Notes: a model not told the origin generated them from the letters alone. Counted from the first letter of the stretch, positions 18,333-27,967 are shown. The stretch is 64,000 nt of DNA from Halobacteriovoraceae bacterium (GCA_963719505.1 CAVRCF010000001.1:992001-1056000), one strand, 5' to 3'. Program-made: numbers and translations.

Positions 18333-19566
18333 TCTGAATCCTTAAAAGAATTTTATAAACATGGCGACATCCAAAAATAACCAGGAATGATAAAAAGATA
18401 GAGAAATAACCCACATGATCAAACCCTGAGAGAGTACCCCTATCATTTTCAAAAATAAAGATTCCAGCAAAAATTGTCGCCACGGCGGAACCCAAAGATC
18501 TAATGGAGTTGAGCAGTCCCATGAAAGTTCCTCGATCTCTTGTTTCAGAAATTTCAGAAACCATTGTCATAAGTGGAATCATTCTCCCTGAGACCATGGC
18601 CATAAAAAAAGTCGATATAACGAGGAACATATAAAGGGGAAGGGGCCCTGAGGTAGAATAAAAATAAATAGGGATAAAAGATAAAATCAACAGAAAGGTC
18701 ATGACTTTATACGGATTAAACCTGTCTGTATATTTTCCAACAATTTTTGCCGTTATAACGGTAAAAAAGCCTCCAACGAAGTACATATACTTTAAGTCTG
18801 TCTCAAGAATTCCAACATTTTTTACAGCAAATGGTGCCAAGTATGGGATGAGAACAAAGATGGAAAAGACATTAGCGAAAATAAGAAAATAAGACTTAAA
18901 GTATTCTGGACGAACAAGGAGAGACCAAAGTCTTGTGAGGTTTTCTTTAATTTTCGATGGCTGAATATGATCCGAAAGTTTCGGAAAAACGAGACTGCTT
19001 AGAATTAAAATAAGAGTTGAAAAAGCCGCGATAAAGTAAAAAGTGAAGTGCCAGTCAAATTTCTCGGCGATAAATAACCCAATAGGTACACCTAAAACAC
19101 TGGCAACGCTGAAAGATGACATGACTGTCCCCATGGCGCTTCCTCTTCTTTCAAAGGGAATGAGGTCAGAGACCATTGCGAGGACGACGGCGGTTAAAGT
19201 TCCACCGAAACCACCAGCTATGATTCTCGCTATGACAAGCGTCTCAAAGTCAGTAGATAATCCACAGGCAACTGTACCTAGAATAAAACCCACAAAATTG
19301 AGCTGAAGCATAAATTTTCTATCATATTTATCGGCAATGATTCCAAAGAATAATCCCGTAACAGCTGCACTTATATTGTACGATGAAACAAGAGTTCCAA
19401 ATTGAAGAGGATTAATGGAAAGAGTCCTCATTAGCACAGGTCCCAGTGGCATCATAACGACAAAGTCGACGATGTGTGAAAACTGAATCGCTGCTAATAA
19501 CAGGACGTAGAATCTTTCATTCTTGAGGCTGGATATTTTAATCGCGAAGTCCTTTAACGTCATCAA
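18313..19566 (-). CDS. MFS transporter
   Basis: About 12 TM helices; motif A-like GIIADKYDRK; ERRGSAMG. Confidence 0.92.
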   Translation of the reverse strand: MMTLKDFAIKISSLKNERFYVLLLAAIQFSHIVDFVVMMPLGPVLMRTLSINPLQFGTLVSSYNISAAVTGLFFGIIADKYDRKFMLQLNFVGFILGTVACGLSTDFETLVIARIIAGGFGGTLTAVVLAMVSDLIPFERRGSAMGTVMSSFSVASVLGVPIGLFIAEKFDWHFTFYFIAAFSTLILILSSLVFPKLSDHIQPSKIKENLTRLWSLLVRPEYFKSYFLIFANVFSIFVLIPYLAPFAVKNVGILETDLKYMYFVGGFFTVITAKIVGKYTDRFNPYKVMTFLLILSFIPIYFYSTSGPLPLYMFLVISTFFMAMVSGRMIPLMTMVSEISETRDRGTFMGLLNSIRSLGSAVATIFAGIFIFENDRGTLSGFDHVGYFSIFLSFLVIFGCRHVYKILLRIQSERKAI

Positions 19567-21070
19567 TGGACGAGCTATTATCTAAAGTTTCCAGACTTGC
19601 TACAGTTGAGACTGTGTGATCGACCATGCTTACAGCTGCTGGGTGATGGTTGCCAGAGTTTTTAACACCACCAAAAGGTAGACGCGAGCTGGCCCCAACT
19701 GTTGATCTGTTGAGATTAATAATCCCTGCATCAATATCGCGAAGACATAGATTATAAATATCTTGATCTTGTGTGAAAACACTCGCCGCAAGACCGTAGT
19801 CAGAAATATTTGAAATTTCTATAGCCCTTTCAATATCCTCGTAGGGCGTGAAAGTACAATTGGGCCCAAAGATCTCTTCTTGGGTAAAGGGATTAGATTT
19901 TAAAACATCTTTTTCATTGAGATAGTGAATGGTCGGGTTTACATAGTGACCTTCATACTTCATCTCTAGGTTTTTAAGACCAATGATATCAGTCGCTCCA
20001 TTTTCAGTTCCAAGTTTACAGAACTTCTCATAAAGATCTTTTGCGCCTTTATCAATCAAAGGACCCATAAAAGGATCAATATCGTACTTAGTTGGATGAT
20101 CGATGAGAATTCTTTCTGTAATCGCTTTAAACTTATCAATAAATTCTTGTTCAATTGATTTGTGAACAATCACCATAGAGGTGGAAGTGCATCGCTGACC
20201 CGAAGAGAGATAGCAAGCGCGTAGAAGCTCAGGGATAGCATGATTGATATCTGTGTCCTTATGTAAAATAGTTGAGTTTTTACCACCCAATTCAAGAGCG
20301 ACTAGTTTATTGAGGTCTGTTCCGACTGACTCGAGAATCTTTTTTCCAACGGCTACACTTCCGGTAAAGAAAATACCTTTTATCGCTGGATGTTTGAGAA
20401 TGTCTTGGGTTGTTTTTACTGTACCGTTGATAAAGTTAATAACACCTTTTGGAAAACCTGCCGAATGAAAACACTCGATAAGAAGTTGTGACGAATACAT
20501 CGTCTTCTCACTTGGTTTAAAAATAATACTATTACCTGTAAGCAGGGCTGAAAGTATTTGTCCATTTGCAAGGTGACATGGAAAGTTAAATGGTCCTATA
20601 ACGAGACTAGGTCCCAGAGGTTTCTTCACAATATGTCCATCAATCTTTGGAAGGACGTCCTTGATCGTTTCTTTTTCGATTCTTTTGAGTGAGTCCGTAA
20701 TAGTGACAGCAACTTTCGCGCTTAGTGCACCAGCTTCCGTCAATGACTCCCAAAGTGGCTTACCAGTTTCTAAGGCGATGGCCATCCCAATTTCATCTTT
20801 TCTTTTTGTTACTTCGTCTTGGAATTTTTTTAAGTAATTTATTCTCTCTTCAAAGCTCAGCTTTCGCCATAGGTCAAAGCCTGAAACACTCGAATCGATA
20901 ACTTTTTCGATATTGTTATAGTCTATTTTTGCATCCCATAGTTTGTGAGAAAGATCACCTGGACAGAATTTTTCTATTTTTTCAGAGCTTTTCGAAATAT
21001 CGGATTCAGACAGTCCCGATTGATTGGTAAATGATCCATGAAAGTAGTCGCCACGAAGTGTTAATTCCAT
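19538..21070 (-). CDS. astD: Aldehyde dehydrogenase, succinylglutamate-semialdehyde dehydrogenase (AstD)-like
   Basis: ETGKPLWE, GPFNFPCHLANG..ALLTGN (AstD-like), FKPSE, FTGS, ELGGKN, GQRCT (catalytic Cys), EEIFGP, LPFGG. Confidence 0.8.
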   Translation of the reverse strand: MELTLRGDYFHGSFTNQSGLSESDISKSSEKIEKFCPGDLSHKLWDAKIDYNNIEKVIDSSVSGFDLWRKLSFEERINYLKKFQDEVTKRKDEIGMAIALETGKPLWESLTEAGALSAKVAVTITDSLKRIEKETIKDVLPKIDGHIVKKPLGPSLVIGPFNFPCHLANGQILSALLTGNSIIFKPSEKTMYSSQLLIECFHSAGFPKGVINFINGTVKTTQDILKHPAIKGIFFTGSVAVGKKILESVGTDLNKLVALELGGKNSTILHKDTDINHAIPELLRACYLSSGQRCTSTSMVIVHKSIEQEFIDKFKAITERILIDHPTKYDIDPFMGPLIDKGAKDLYEKFCKLGTENGATDIIGLKNLEMKYEGHYVNPTIHYLNEKDVLKSNPFTQEEIFGPNCTFTPYEDIERAIEISNISDYGLAASVFTQDQDIYNLCLRDIDAGIINLNRSTVGASSRLPFGGVKNSGNHHPAAVSMVDHTVSTVASLETLDNSSSIDDVKGLRD

Positions 21071-21212
21071 CTTTATTCCTTGTATTGTTTAGTTTTGAGG
21101 GCAAATTAAGTAAAACAATACTACATTTATTTGTCTGTTATTTACAGGGCCAATCGTTAGATTTATGATCTGTGCTGTAAGTAAACACAATCGTTATGTA
21201 TTGGAGAAAATC

Positions 21213-22019
21213 ATGCTTGATGCACCTATTAATAAGTTATTAGATAAGATGTGGACAGACTATGTCGCACTGAATCCACAAGCTGAGAAGATTGTTAAGC
21301 TCATGGAAGATAACGGTGACACGGTGAAAAACGACCATATCGCCCTTCGTACTTTTAATCATAAAAGAGTGAGTTTAGAGGTTATAGCTAGGCCATTTCT
21401 CGAGGCTGGGTATACGCATAATGGAGACTATGACTTTCCAGATAAGAAGCTCTCCGCAAAGCACTTTGAACATTCTAACCCAGATCTTCCTCTGATCTTT
21501 ATCTCTGAACTTAGGCTTGAAGATTTCTCTGAAAGGTTTAATGAAATAGTTGAAGGCTTAGTCGACCAAGTTAGTGACGAGACCATAAGAGACTTTAATT
21601 TCACTTCAATAGGAAGACCCTGGGATATCAGTTCTGAAGAATACTTCGCCCTTAAAGAAGAAAGTGACTATGGTGCTTGGATGGGAGCCATAGGATTTCG
21701 TCCAAATCACTTTACCGTTTCTGTTAATGAGCTTGGTTCATTTAAAGAATTGGAAGACTTAAACAAATTTTTAAAAAGTAATGGTTTTAAATTAAATGAT
21801 AGTGGCGGAGAAATTAAAGGAAGTCCTGAAGTTTTTCTTGAACAGTCTTCTACTCTTGCTGACAGTGTCGAAGTTGTGTTTTCTGATAAAAAAATTACAA
21901 TTCCTTCATGCTATTTTGAATTCGCCAAAAGGTATCCAATGCAAGATGGAAAGCTATATACAGGTTTTGTGGCCACGTCGGCTGATAAGATCTTCGAATC
22001 GACGGACAAAACTCAATGA
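21213..22019 (+). CDS. DUF1338 family protein (2-oxoadipate dioxygenase/decarboxylase, HGLS/YdcJ-like)
   Basis: NDHIALRTF, KKLSAKHF, FISEL, NHFTVSVN, LEQSST, YFEFAKRY, ADKIFEST (His/His/Glu metal triad). GGAG RBS favours ATG 21213 over the ORF-track start 21165. Confidence 0.85.
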   Translation: MLDAPINKLLDKMWTDYVALNPQAEKIVKLMEDNGDTVKNDHIALRTFNHKRVSLEVIARPFLEAGYTHNGDYDFPDKKLSAKHFEHSNPDLPLIFISELRLEDFSERFNEIVEGLVDQVSDETIRDFNFTSIGRPWDISSEEYFALKEESDYGAWMGAIGFRPNHFTVSVNELGSFKELEDLNKFLKSNGFKLNDSGGEIKGSPEVFLEQSSTLADSVEVVFSDKKITIPSCYFEFAKRYPMQDGKLYTGFVATSADKIFESTDKTQ

Positions 22020-22693
22020 TAAAACGATCGATACTTTTTAGCTTTATTCTTTTTTCCGTAACAGGCCATGCTCAAGAATATGTTCAGGCCTGTTTTACCA
22101 ATGAGATCCTCGCAACAAAAGCGCTAAAGAGAGTCGATTTCATTCTCCTTCCTGTGGATACCAAAGAGAAAATAGGAAAGTGTATTGATTTTAATGTTCC
22201 CCAAACAAGAGCAAAGACCTTAAAAAAGTTTCTTCAGACAAATTATGCTGGTTCTCATGTTCTAACAACAGAGGCCGTAGATGCTGAGGAATGTGATCTA
22301 AAGATCACTCAGCTAGGTCAACTTGATTTAAAAGAGATTAGAGGGTCTATAAAGAACCTTCCCAGTCTCAATCAAACTGATCTTGGTAAAAAAACTTTTG
22401 AAACTCAGTCTGTTAGAGTGTTAAGTGGAAAAACGGCTTCTATTCAAGTCGCTTTCGAATCTGTTGATGTGAGCTGCGATAAAAGAGGTAATGAGTATAT
22501 CGTTGGTCTTAAAACTCAAAGTGAAAAGCTATCGGTATCAACTGCAGTTCGTCTAAAAAAAGGATCTACTGTAGATGTCGGCCACTTTAAAAAAGATATT
22601 GTAAAAAAGAAAAAAGAACTTGGCCTCTTTAAAGCCAGTGGTATTGATTCGAAAAAGGTTGAGACTGGAACTTTAAAAATTACTTTGCAATAA
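22016..22693 (+). CDS. Exported hypothetical protein
   Basis: Signal peptide ending TGHA; ATGA overlap with the DUF1338 stop; QSVRVLSGKTASIQV loosely secretin-like. Confidence 0.7.
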   Translation: MIKRSILFSFILFSVTGHAQEYVQACFTNEILATKALKRVDFILLPVDTKEKIGKCIDFNVPQTRAKTLKKFLQTNYAGSHVLTTEAVDAEECDLKITQLGQLDLKEIRGSIKNLPSLNQTDLGKKTFETQSVRVLSGKTASIQVAFESVDVSCDKRGNEYIVGLKTQSEKLSVSTAVRLKKGSTVDVGHFKKDIVKKKKELGLFKASGIDSKKVETGTLKITLQ

Positions 22694-23561
22694 CTTTCTT
22701 TATTTCTTTCTTTAAAGATGAAAGGATATTTCCCTCAGCGTATCCTGTCTCTGAATCAGTGTGCCATTCGTTACACTCTCGTCCATATTTGGCCCAATTG
22801 GGTCCTGTTCCACGAACAAGCACTCCTATAATCTCTTGGCTTGTTTTATCAAAGATAGCTGAACCAGAATTAACTGAAAAAGTATCGAGATGATGACGAA
22901 AAGAATTTGTTTTAAGATTCACACTAGAGATCTGGCCTTCGTCTGTTAGTTTTTGTGATATTCCCAGTGGGTAACCAATCATAAAAAGCTCAAGACCTTT
23001 GGCATAGTTGTAACTCAAGTTTAGCTTTAATGGTTTTCTATCAACGACCTTTCTTTTCAACTTTAATATCGCCACATCATGCATTGATCCCCAGTCAAAT
23101 ATATAAAAGGGCATGCTTTCTATTTCATAAGTATCTTTCGCCTTGAGAGATTTCAGTTCACTCGCATCCTTATCTTTTTTGTAATCAAAAGCGATAACAT
23201 ATTTTGATTTATGATAGGGAGAGGTGGGAGACTTTTCTAAGCAGTGAGCTGCCGTTAGTACTAAGTCATCGGCAATTAAAGACGCTGAGCAATTTGCAAG
23301 TTGAGCTTCTGCTGCAAACGCAGTGTCCGGGCAAAAATCCACAAGTTTGCTAAGGCTATCAGCTTTAATGTCATAGTGATCACCATTTTTAATGAGTTTA
23401 TTCTTTTGAATAAGGGCCGGAATACTTCTTGAGATTGTCTTGTATGATTCAAGGGGGTAGTCGTAAACATCCTTCCTATCATCACCATCAAAAATGCTGG
23501 CCATCGTTTGAAAAGAGAAAAGAATACAGCCAGAGACCATTGCAAATTTACGTAATTTCAT
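22680..23561 (-). CDS. Secreted trypsin-like (S1) serine protease
   Basis: Signal peptide; CSASLI, LTAAHC (His), HDVAILKL (Asp), IGYPLG, DTFSVNSGS (Ser). Confidence 0.9.
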   Translation of the reverse strand: MKLRKFAMVSGCILFSFQTMASIFDGDDRKDVYDYPLESYKTISRSIPALIQKNKLIKNGDHYDIKADSLSKLVDFCPDTAFAAEAQLANCSASLIADDLVLTAAHCLEKSPTSPYHKSKYVIAFDYKKDKDASELKSLKAKDTYEIESMPFYIFDWGSMHDVAILKLKRKVVDRKPLKLNLSYNYAKGLELFMIGYPLGISQKLTDEGQISSVNLKTNSFRHHLDTFSVNSGSAIFDKTSQEIIGVLVRGTGPNWAKYGRECNEWHTDSETGYAEGNILSSLKKEIKKVIAK

Positions 23562-23617
23562 CCCTATAATATAGCGCAGGAATGGGGGGGGATAGGGATA
23601 ACTTGAAAAGATTTTAA

Positions 23618-23640
23618 AGGTGTCTAAAAACTAGACACCT
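23618..23640. terminator. 9-bp inverted repeat; probable original astA terminator (or an operator)
   Basis: AGGTGTCTA-AAAAC-TAGACACCT abutting the left target-site duplication of the IS. Confidence 0.5.
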
Positions 23641-23645
23641 ATAGG

Positions 23646-25395
23646 GTAACTGCTCAATATTGTGTTTAAATTTATAGGATTTAAATAGCTTGAACTAGCT
23701 TGCCCAGGTATGGAATTTCTTCTCGTTGGGAGATTCGATCTTCTAAATATCGCCAAAAACTCAAATTTATTTTTCTACAAGTTGAGGCCAGTGAAAGCAT
23801 CAAGTCCCAAGACTTCATTCCTTTCAATGAGCGGTTTTGAAGTGAGATTTTTCTTTTTATCACTCGTTCTCGAAGGTCTCTTTCGCAAAGGTTATTATCC
23901 AGAGGAAGTTGTGGGTATTTCAAAAATAGTAAAAGTTTATCTCTATTCTTTCTTGTTCTTCCAAGCTGTGCATCCAGTGGTTTAACTAATGTTTTTAAAG
24001 ACGTGATCCTCTCAAATTCTGATCGAATCTGTATTCTCTTAACGGTGTCAGGATTATTCCTGTACCTCTTCATGAGCTTATAAAAAGCTCTCCACTGACG
24101 AACCAATTTCTCAAGGGTTTCACTCTCTATTCTTTTGAAAACCTCACATAGCTTATATTTACGAATCTCATGCACCCAACAAAGCTGATGGTTCCTATGA
24201 AGCCCATTAAAATTTGTCCCTTCATCTGAGATTAAAAATCTTATTGGTGGTCCATTCGCTCTAGAGTTCGCATAACTAAGTGCACCAGCAGTTCTAACGA
24301 TATCTTTTTGTTTTTTAGTTACATCTGAGAAAGTCGAATCTTCAAAAAAGACCTCTAATTCTTCTCGACTAAAACTTATCTTCTTTTCTAGAAGGTTAAA
24401 AAATACTGTAACCTTGGGACGTTTTAGTTTCTTACCAATAAAATCAATTGCAGCTCTATCGAAAATAAACCTTTGCTCACCTCCAAAGAGTGCTCCCACC
24501 GATGCCCAACGATTCTTTTCAAAACTCGTAGTGAAGCTAGTAAAGTACTTATGGCTTACTCCAAATGTGTAAGCTTTTACTCCATTAACTTTCGCCCCAG
24601 TATCATCGATATGAACTTTCGAATCTCTTTTTAGTCCTGCATGTCTTGCGGATTCCAGATCAACCTGAAAGTCATCAGTCAGGTTATTTAGAATTGAATT
24701 TATAGTTCCAGCACTAATATCAATTTTTAGCTCAGAGAGCATTTCTCTAATCTTTTCGTGGGGAACTCTTAATTTGTAATTCAAATAAAGAATGTGGGCC
24801 CGAAGTTTAGGACCAAACTGATGGCCCTTGAAACCTGAAGGTATCTCACCTTCGATAACTCTACTAAGACTTTCAGAGTAATATCTCTTAATAGAGAATT
24901 TTATATTTCTGCGATTAAATACTATTTCTTGGACCACAACATCTCTAGAACCGATGAATTTAGCGTCTTTAGGGAGTTCATTTTTATCTGGAGAAATTTC
25001 AATCTCTTCATCAACTTCGATATCTTTCTTTTTAGACTTTTTCTTATGTTCTTTCTTCGGAGGTGGATTTAGGTCACTAGTATTTGTTGGCTTTATTTTA
25101 GGTTTTTCTTTTTCACCTTTGAGACGACGAACTTCATCTATGAGTTCACTATTCTTTTTTTCCAACTCTGAATTTTCTATAGTAAGGTCTACAGCACGCT
25201 GAGCAGTCTCTTTTAACTTTCTTTTGAGTTTGCCTTTATTCCAAGTATTTACCCATCCCATTGCCATGTTTTTTAATTCATCAAATGCCATGGAGATATA
25301 TTTACAAAAAAGAGATGGATGGCCAAACAATTTCTGATGTTTAGTTCAAAATAAATATTTTTAAAGATTTGAAGAACACTTTATTGAGCAGTTAC
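23646..25395 (-). mobile_element. IS66-family insertion sequence, single-ORF (ISBst12-group-like), 1750 bp
   Basis: Terminal IRs GTAACTGCTCAATA (14 bp perfect, 19/21 extended) starting with the IS66-typical GTAA; 8-bp direct repeat CCTATAGG at 23638-23645 and 25396-25403. Confidence 0.93.
23681..25330 (-). CDS. IS66-family DDE transposase (likely start MAFDEL at 25291)
   Basis: N-terminal coiled coil, FGPKLRA, HIDDTG (D), LISDEG (D), HQLCWVHEIR, PLDNNLCERDLR (E), TCRK. Confidence 0.92.
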   Translation of the reverse strand: MFGHPSLFCKYISMAFDELKNMAMGWVNTWNKGKLKRKLKETAQRAVDLTIENSELEKKNSELIDEVRRLKGEKEKPKIKPTNTSDLNPPPKKEHKKKSKKKDIEVDEEIEISPDKNELPKDAKFIGSRDVVVQEIVFNRRNIKFSIKRYYSESLSRVIEGEIPSGFKGHQFGPKLRAHILYLNYKLRVPHEKIREMLSELKIDISAGTINSILNNLTDDFQVDLESARHAGLKRDSKVHIDDTGAKVNGVKAYTFGVSHKYFTSFTTSFEKNRWASVGALFGGEQRFIFDRAAIDFIGKKLKRPKVTVFFNLLEKKISFSREELEVFFEDSTFSDVTKKQKDIVRTAGALSYANSRANGPPIRFLISDEGTNFNGLHRNHQLCWVHEIRKYKLCEVFKRIESETLEKLVRQWRAFYKLMKRYRNNPDTVKRIQIRSEFERITSLKTLVKPLDAQLGRTRKNRDKLLLFLKYPQLPLDNNLCERDLRERVIKRKISLQNRSLKGMKSWDLMLSLASTCRKINLSFWRYLEDRISQREEIPYLGKLVQAI

Positions 25396-25396
25396 C

Positions 25397-26443
25397 CTAT
25401 AGGAGTGATTCTTGAGTTTGAACTTTGTTTTTTAACGTCACAAAACGCAGCTTATCACCAAATCTAAGCTTTAAAGCTGTTGCGGTAACTGCTGAGATCT
25501 TGGCCTTTCCATTTTCAAGCTTTTCAACATGTCCTAGGCAGGCAATAAAGTCTGTTCCTGAAGTAGAGATCACAAAGACTTCTCCTGTCATTTTATCGTC
25601 ACTAATCTCGCCGACCTCTAAGACTTTACTATCTTTAACAGCACGCACCTCATCGATCTGTGCTTTTAATACAGGTCCTGGTTCAAAAATTCCCACGAGA
25701 CCACTAAACTCAAAACCTTCTTGTTCCAGAATTCTCTTCGCAGGCTCAGTGTGGGGGTGAACCTGTGCAACCACATCTTGAGCATCTTGTGGAAGAAGAT
25801 CAACTAAGATCGCATCTTCTGGGAGAAGTTCTTCAATAAATTTTTTACTTTTCATGGTGAGGTAGTCTGCTTGAACAAAGTCGATGTCCATAAACTTTCT
25901 TCCAACGGCTTCCCAAAAAGGTGAATGGCCATTGTCGTTAACTTTTCCGCGCATCTCTGCAATAACTTGATCTTCAAAATATTTTCTATCTTCTGCTAAA
26001 AATAAAAACCTTGAGAGTGAGAGAAACCTTCCGTTTTGACTATTTCTAAACTCAGGAGAAAGAAAGAGAGAACATATCTCAGCAGGCCCTGCGTGAATTT
26101 TTTCAAAGTGCAAAGACCTAATATCTTTTGTTATCCCCAGCATCTTAGAGACTCTGGTCTCTTCTTTTAGGCGATAAAAGTAGTAGGGCTCAAAACCACC
26201 AATCTTGGAAATGATTCCACTAACACCGACGATCTTCCCAGTAAAAAGTTCTTCCATCACAAAGAGATAAGATTCACCATTGGGTCTTTCGCCTCTATGT
26301 TCAAAGCTTCTTTGGGAGTAGATGATTTTGTTTTTTATAATCACTTCATCTTTAGGAAGAGAGGTCAACCCGTGCCCAGAGTCTTCTAGAAGTCTCATGA
26401 GCCCAGGGAGATCACTTTCTTTTATAGGTCGTATAACAAACAA
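25397..26443 (-). CDS. astA: Arginine N-succinyltransferase (AstA)-like
   Basis: MFVIRP, GLTSLP, YLFVME, EICSLFL, LSLSRFLF, VIAEMRG, SPFWEAVGRKF, GIFEPGP. Confidence 0.9.
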   Translation of the reverse strand: MFVIRPIKESDLPGLMRLLEDSGHGLTSLPKDEVIIKNKIIYSQRSFEHRGERPNGESYLFVMEELFTGKIVGVSGIISKIGGFEPYYFYRLKEETRVSKMLGITKDIRSLHFEKIHAGPAEICSLFLSPEFRNSQNGRFLSLSRFLFLAEDRKYFEDQVIAEMRGKVNDNGHSPFWEAVGRKFMDIDFVQADYLTMKSKKFIEELLPEDAILVDLLPQDAQDVVAQVHPHTEPAKRILEQEGFEFSGLVGIFEPGPVLKAQIDEVRAVKDSKVLEVGEISDDKMTGEVFVISTSGTDFIACLGHVEKLENGKAKISAVTATALKLRFGDKLRFVTLKNKVQTQESLL

Positions 26444-26464
26444 GGTTTTTCCTTTTGGTTGACT

Positions 26465-27871
26465 CTAGTCAATCTCGCCTAATGTCTTCTCTATAAGAGC
26501 ACAAACATTATCTATATCTTTTTCAGTAACAGCACCTACGGGAACAAGAAACCTCACTCGTGTCGGCTTAGAACCTGCAATAAATGACAGACAGCCATTT
26601 TCAAAAAGTTTGAACGTAAATTGTTTCGATTTTTCCATATCTCCCTTAAAGAGAGTCATTCCAACCATTGCTCCAAGTCCCCAAGGGCCTTGAATCTTCT
26701 CTGGGTGTTTAGCCGCAAGTTTTTCAAGGTTTCCTTTGAAATGTTCATGGATACGATTAATTTTACCATCTTTTCCAAGGTAGCCATTATTAACAACTTC
26801 ACTAATTATATAATGAGCGGCATTAATAGCAGCTCCACTTGATGTGAATGTTTGAGAAATCAGTCCAGGTTTTGGTTTGTGATCTGCTCTATAGAAAGTT
26901 GCACAAATCTGTGAGTTCTTTCCAATATTAACAAAGTCTACATGCTTATCAAGTTTGAAGTATTGGAAAGCAAAAAGCTCTTCTGTCCTCATAAACGATT
27001 GAACCTCGTCAACGATAATAGAGACGCCATGCTTGTGGCATATATCACAAATAGCTTTAAAGTACTCTTCATTACCTACCCAGTAACCACCTTCACCTTG
27101 AACAAGCTCTAAGCACATTGCTGCGTATTCACCTGGGTACCTTTCGAAATACCACTCAAGGTGTTTTACGGCCATTTCAATACTTCTTTCGTGTTGATCT
27201 GGTTTATAAAAGGGAATGTAGTCAACAGATAGGGTTTTAGGGAGACCGGCTCGATATGCGGCCTTATCCGTGATTTGTGAAACAGCGAGTGTTCGTCCCA
27301 TAAAGCACTTTTCAAAAGCGATAACTCGATGAGCGGGGTGATTTTTTTGAAAAGCCATTTTTAATGCATTCTCAGCGGCCATAACTCCACTTGAGGTCAT
27401 AAACATGTGATCAAACCCTGCATCGTACTTATTGGCTTGTGTTAATAAAAGGTCGAAAAGTTTTGGTGAGTCAACATTTTGCTGAAGGTTTCCACTCATC
27501 GTCGTGTTCGTTATAGAACCATCAACTTCTGCGGCAATAACTCCTGGATGTGAATGACCAAAGTAGTGAACCCCAATACCCGTGATAAAGTCATACTTTA
27601 CAGAACCATCTGCAAGCTCAACAAGTGCGCCATTTCCAATTCCCGAACCAATATAATCATAAAAGAGTTTTCCTCCGCGATCTTCGGCAAATTCTTTTAA
27701 AAGCTTCTCATAGCTTTCTTTCAACTCCGGATCACCGGCTTTAACTTCAGTGATTTTGCTTTGATGCTCTTTGACGGCTTCAGCAATAAGTTTTTTTGCT
27801 TCCTCGAGACGAGGATCTTCCAGGTATGATTGTCCGATAGACTTCTTAGTCATAATATCTCCAAAGTTCAT
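26465..27871 (-). CDS. Class III PLP-dependent omega-aminotransferase (AstC position; LAT/GABA-T-like motifs); likely start MTKK at 27853
   Basis: SSGVMAAENALKMAF, FMGRT, ELVQGEGG, IVDEVQ, PLP-Lys in NIGKNSQ. Confidence 0.88.
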   Translation of the reverse strand: MNFGDIMTKKSIGQSYLEDPRLEEAKKLIAEAVKEHQSKITEVKAGDPELKESYEKLLKEFAEDRGGKLFYDYIGSGIGNGALVELADGSVKYDFITGIGVHYFGHSHPGVIAAEVDGSITNTTMSGNLQQNVDSPKLFDLLLTQANKYDAGFDHMFMTSSGVMAAENALKMAFQKNHPAHRVIAFEKCFMGRTLAVSQITDKAAYRAGLPKTLSVDYIPFYKPDQHERSIEMAVKHLEWYFERYPGEYAAMCLELVQGEGGYWVGNEEYFKAICDICHKHGVSIIVDEVQSFMRTEELFAFQYFKLDKHVDFVNIGKNSQICATFYRADHKPKPGLISQTFTSSGAAINAAHYIISEVVNNGYLGKDGKINRIHEHFKGNLEKLAAKHPEKIQGPWGLGAMVGMTLFKGDMEKSKQFTFKLFENGCLSFIAGSKPTRVRFLVPVGAVTEKDIDNVCALIEKTLGEID

Positions 27872-27897
27872 TGTTTTTAAAACATGTATATACGATT

Positions 27898-27925
27898 TTA
27901 TCGGCTTAATCAGCTAAAATCATTA
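27898..27925 (-). promoter_or_regulatory. sigma28-like promoter for aminotransferase-astA
   Basis: Perfect GCCGATAA -10 on the minus strand (27898-27905); -35 only TAAT at N16. Confidence 0.4.
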
Positions 27926-27967
27926 GAATATATTCAAATTTAGAGTTTGTTCAGGGTATGAAAACAC

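Noticed and set aside
23638-25403. 22-bp perfect terminal inverted repeats for the IS
   Set aside because: The outer 8 bp are the palindromic target duplication; the true ends start at GTAAC (23646 and 25395).
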